Source of the DNA: Squalus acanthias
Taxonomy: Eukaryota
Assembly: GCA_030390025.1 (NCBI GenBank)
Contig: CM059432.1
Coordinates: forward strand, 118,732,001 to 118,796,000
DNA: 64,000 nucleotides
Reading direction: 5' to 3'
The position numbers and the translations under genes were made by a program. A model generated the notes under the pieces. That model was not told the origin of the DNA, searched no databases, and saw only the letters and a program-made list of their open reading frames with translations. This document shows positions 61,340 through 64,000 of this stretch, piece by piece. Numbering within the stretch: the first letter of the stretch is position 1; each line of letters opens with the position of its first letter.

Positions 61340-62187
61340 GTAAGTTCTGCATCTGCAATTTCAGGAGATGGGGTTGACTCTCATGATGTGGATGGCTGTG
61401 GGGCTATGCTGATAGATCTATATAGAACAGTAAAGAACCCACAGGCGGTGCAGAAACCCAACTGGGCATTAGGTAATATAGATCAGATGAAGGTAGCATC
61501 GGGAAAGAAATGGGGAGGGGGTGGGGGCAGCGAGAGGGAAGAGGAGAGAACAGACAGGGTTATTTAAGGCAGTCCTTGATTTACCAGTTGTCACTGAGAT
61601 AACCAACTGTCTCCCACAAGAGGGTTTACGTGCACTGTCGGTTTAGTTCTCTTTTACTTCCCAAGTATCTAGCCACCCATTTATATTAATTTTTACCGAA
61701 TCAAATTTAACTAAACAGGCTTCAGATTATTTAATTGCACTTGCTTCGAAACGCTCAGCTATTGTCGGAAATCTTTTGACAGCACCCGAGCAAGCTATGA
61801 ATGACAACTTTTGTGGATAATTGTTATTAGTGTCTGGCTACACGGCAGCGAATGCATCTAGTCTGTAAGCAAAAACAGATGTGGGCAAAATAAGCAGGTT
61901 TGTGTGTGTTTATTTATTTGTAGTCTGGAGATGTTTCTGAGTAGCTGGACATCAGTATGTACAACCTATCATTTTCATGAATAATAAATATAATTACAGT
62001 ATTAAAATTGATAGGTGAGACATCATTTAAAAAGGCAGTAGGAAAAGTACATGAACTTCTGCCAGCTGTATGCAACAATTTTCTTGAGCATTGCTTCTAG
62101 TTAATAGCTGTTTATAGCGATTAAACCATGGAAATACAAACAAAAAAATCCCTGTGATAAATGTTTGTTTCTTTCTCCTCTTGCAGT

Positions 62188-62241
62188 TGTATCAAGTCTC
62201 ATCCTGCTAGGACTGTGTGTGTCAACAAAAAAGACATCAGG
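62188..62241 (+). other. Candidate small non-coding exon
   Basis: Polypyrimidine acceptor TTTCTTTCTCCTCTTGCAG and donor CAG|GTAAC. Confidence 0.45.
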
Positions 62242-62749
62242 TAACATTTATCACAGTGCACTTTCCTTCATAATCACGTTTGCTTCCTGCTATTTTAATT
62301 ATCTGATTATAATCACTGGCAGCAGATAATGTCACTTTTTTCAGGGTTTACTGCAGTGATCTGTCGAACGTTAAAGTGAATCATAGTTTGAAATGGCTAA
62401 AACATTTCTGCAATGCTTTGCCCAGCATAGTTACTGCATTAAAGCAAGCACTGCAGTTTACTGTGTGCCAGAGTAGACATAGATATTATTCAGTCGGGGG
62501 GAGGGGAAGAGAGTCATTTGTTTTCTTTTTATAATAACAGTTGTCTGTTTTCTATGTCAAGACACTCCATTCTGAATCTCAAATGTCTACTTCCTCATTG
62601 GTCAATCATCGAATTTCTACTTCGATATCGTCCCCAATTTTAACCATCTCCCACTCATACTCCTTTAACAAAATCCGCCAGTCACGTTGCAGCAAAATCT
62701 CTGCCCAATCTCATTCCAGCAATAAATATGTCTCTGAGATATTGCCACC

Positions 62750-63660
62750 CCAACACTGAGAGGAAAGCTGCGATAATAGCGGTGTATTAAATATTATGGG
62801 TTTTTTTGGCCAAAGGGTGAAAACAGGTGCTCAATGGGTGCTGTGCTAATAAGACACGCGTGGTTGAATGTCCGATTTAGCATGCAATTTTGATTCTAAT
62901 TACTGATTACCATAATTTGAACTTGCCTGGAGGTGCTAAAACAGACACCTGCAGGTTTACCATTCAAGTGCTGATTGGAGCCAATGTTTGTGGAGTAGTA
63001 TATATGGGCTTCTCGCACCTACTTCCACTGAAGGTGTGGAGTGCTCTGGCTGGCACACATCAGCACGTTGCAGGATGGCTCAGGGACCGAAGGAGAGGGC
63101 TCACAGGTTCTCGGACACAGCATTGGGGGTCCTGGTGGAGGAGGTCCTGAGGAAGAGGGATGTCCTGTACCCATAGGGGGGAAAGACGCCACCTTGCTCT
63201 CCTCGCCCACCCTCTCTGCTACAGCAGCTGTTGCTCTGAAGGACCTCATGTCCTCCTCCCATTCCTTGTCCAGACCAAGGGGTCTCCTAGAAAGATGCCC
63301 ATGACCAAGCACTGCCTTTCTCCTGGTGCCTCCTATAAGGTGTCCAATAAGGCAGAGTAGCACAGCACTCACTCTCTTTAGAGGAAGTCCTCAGAGAATT
63401 TGCGGAATAAAAGTTGATAGAGTGTTGGTGAAGTCTTGACAAAGTGTCCCAGAAAGTCTCCCAATGTGTGTCAGAGTTTCTCGTCACAGCTCCAGCAGAA
63501 AGTGAACATGAAATGTTGAGTATCCCTTTAAGTAGCATGTGAAATCGACATCAACACCGTGTTTACTCCCAAACAGCTGGTCATTGTTAGGAGAGAACAT
63601 TAGGACAGGTGCTAGCCACCAAAATGCCGTGCAGCCTCTTTAATGAGCACTAGCATGCAT
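62750..63660 (+). mobile_element. Old Harbinger-derived fragment with Myb/SANT remnant
   Basis: RAHRFSDTALGVLVEEVLRKRDVLYP resembles the Myb exon 1 at 46386; boundaries approximate. Confidence 0.55.
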
Positions 63661-63665
63661 TTTAA

Positions 63666-64000
63666 GTGACAAAGTTAGAAACAATAATCAAGGAAAAAAT
63701 TAACGGGCACTTGGAGAGGTTTAAGCTAATTAAGCAGAGCCATCACGGATTTGTAAGAGGCAGATCGTGTTTGACTAATCTGATTGAATTCTTTGATGAA
63801 GTAACAGGGGAGATTGATGAAGGGAATGCAATGGATGTTGTCTACATGGATTTTCGGAAGGCGTTTGACAAAGTACCACATAGAAGGCTGGTTAACAAAA
63901 TTGAGGCTCATGGAATAGGTGGTTCAGTGGCAGCTTGGATAAGGAGTTGACTTAAGGACAGAAAACAGTGAGTTGTTGTAAATGGCTGTTTTTCAGACTG
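63666..64000 (+). mobile_element. CR1 ORF2 RT fragment (runs off window)
   Basis: [32 protein letters not shown]. Confidence 0.92.

Overview
Eukaryotic genomic DNA, very probably from a cartilaginous fish (inferred from the CR1/L2/RTE LINE, Deu-type SINE, Penelope and Harbinger repertoire). Most of the first ~57.5 kb is transposable element sequence. The centre is a nest at least five levels deep. A SINE is split by a ~35 kb LTR retroelement (21988-57237, + strand, tRNA-Arg-like PBS, decayed env-like ORF, no recognisable pol). That element's 5' LTR carries a Harbinger derivative, whose left end is split by a second provirus (22568-39603, - strand, CCTC TSD). The inner provirus has a retrovirus-type pol (RT, tether, second RNase H, integrase) and a class I fusion env (furin site, fusion peptide, heptad repeats, TM), which is lokiretrovirus-like architecture. 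It is interrupted by CR1s, a MITE and Penelope fragments carrying minimal hammerhead ribozymes. Other content: two long decayed Harbinger elements (Myb/SANT gene plus DDE transposase), several non-autonomous Harbinger derivatives, three solo LTRs, and RTE and L2 fragments. A TE-poor, CpG-richer stretch at ~58.8-62.3 kb looks like a host promoter with 5' UTR exons; the gene cannot be identified. No intact host protein-coding gene is recognisable. All calls are by eye, without database searches.
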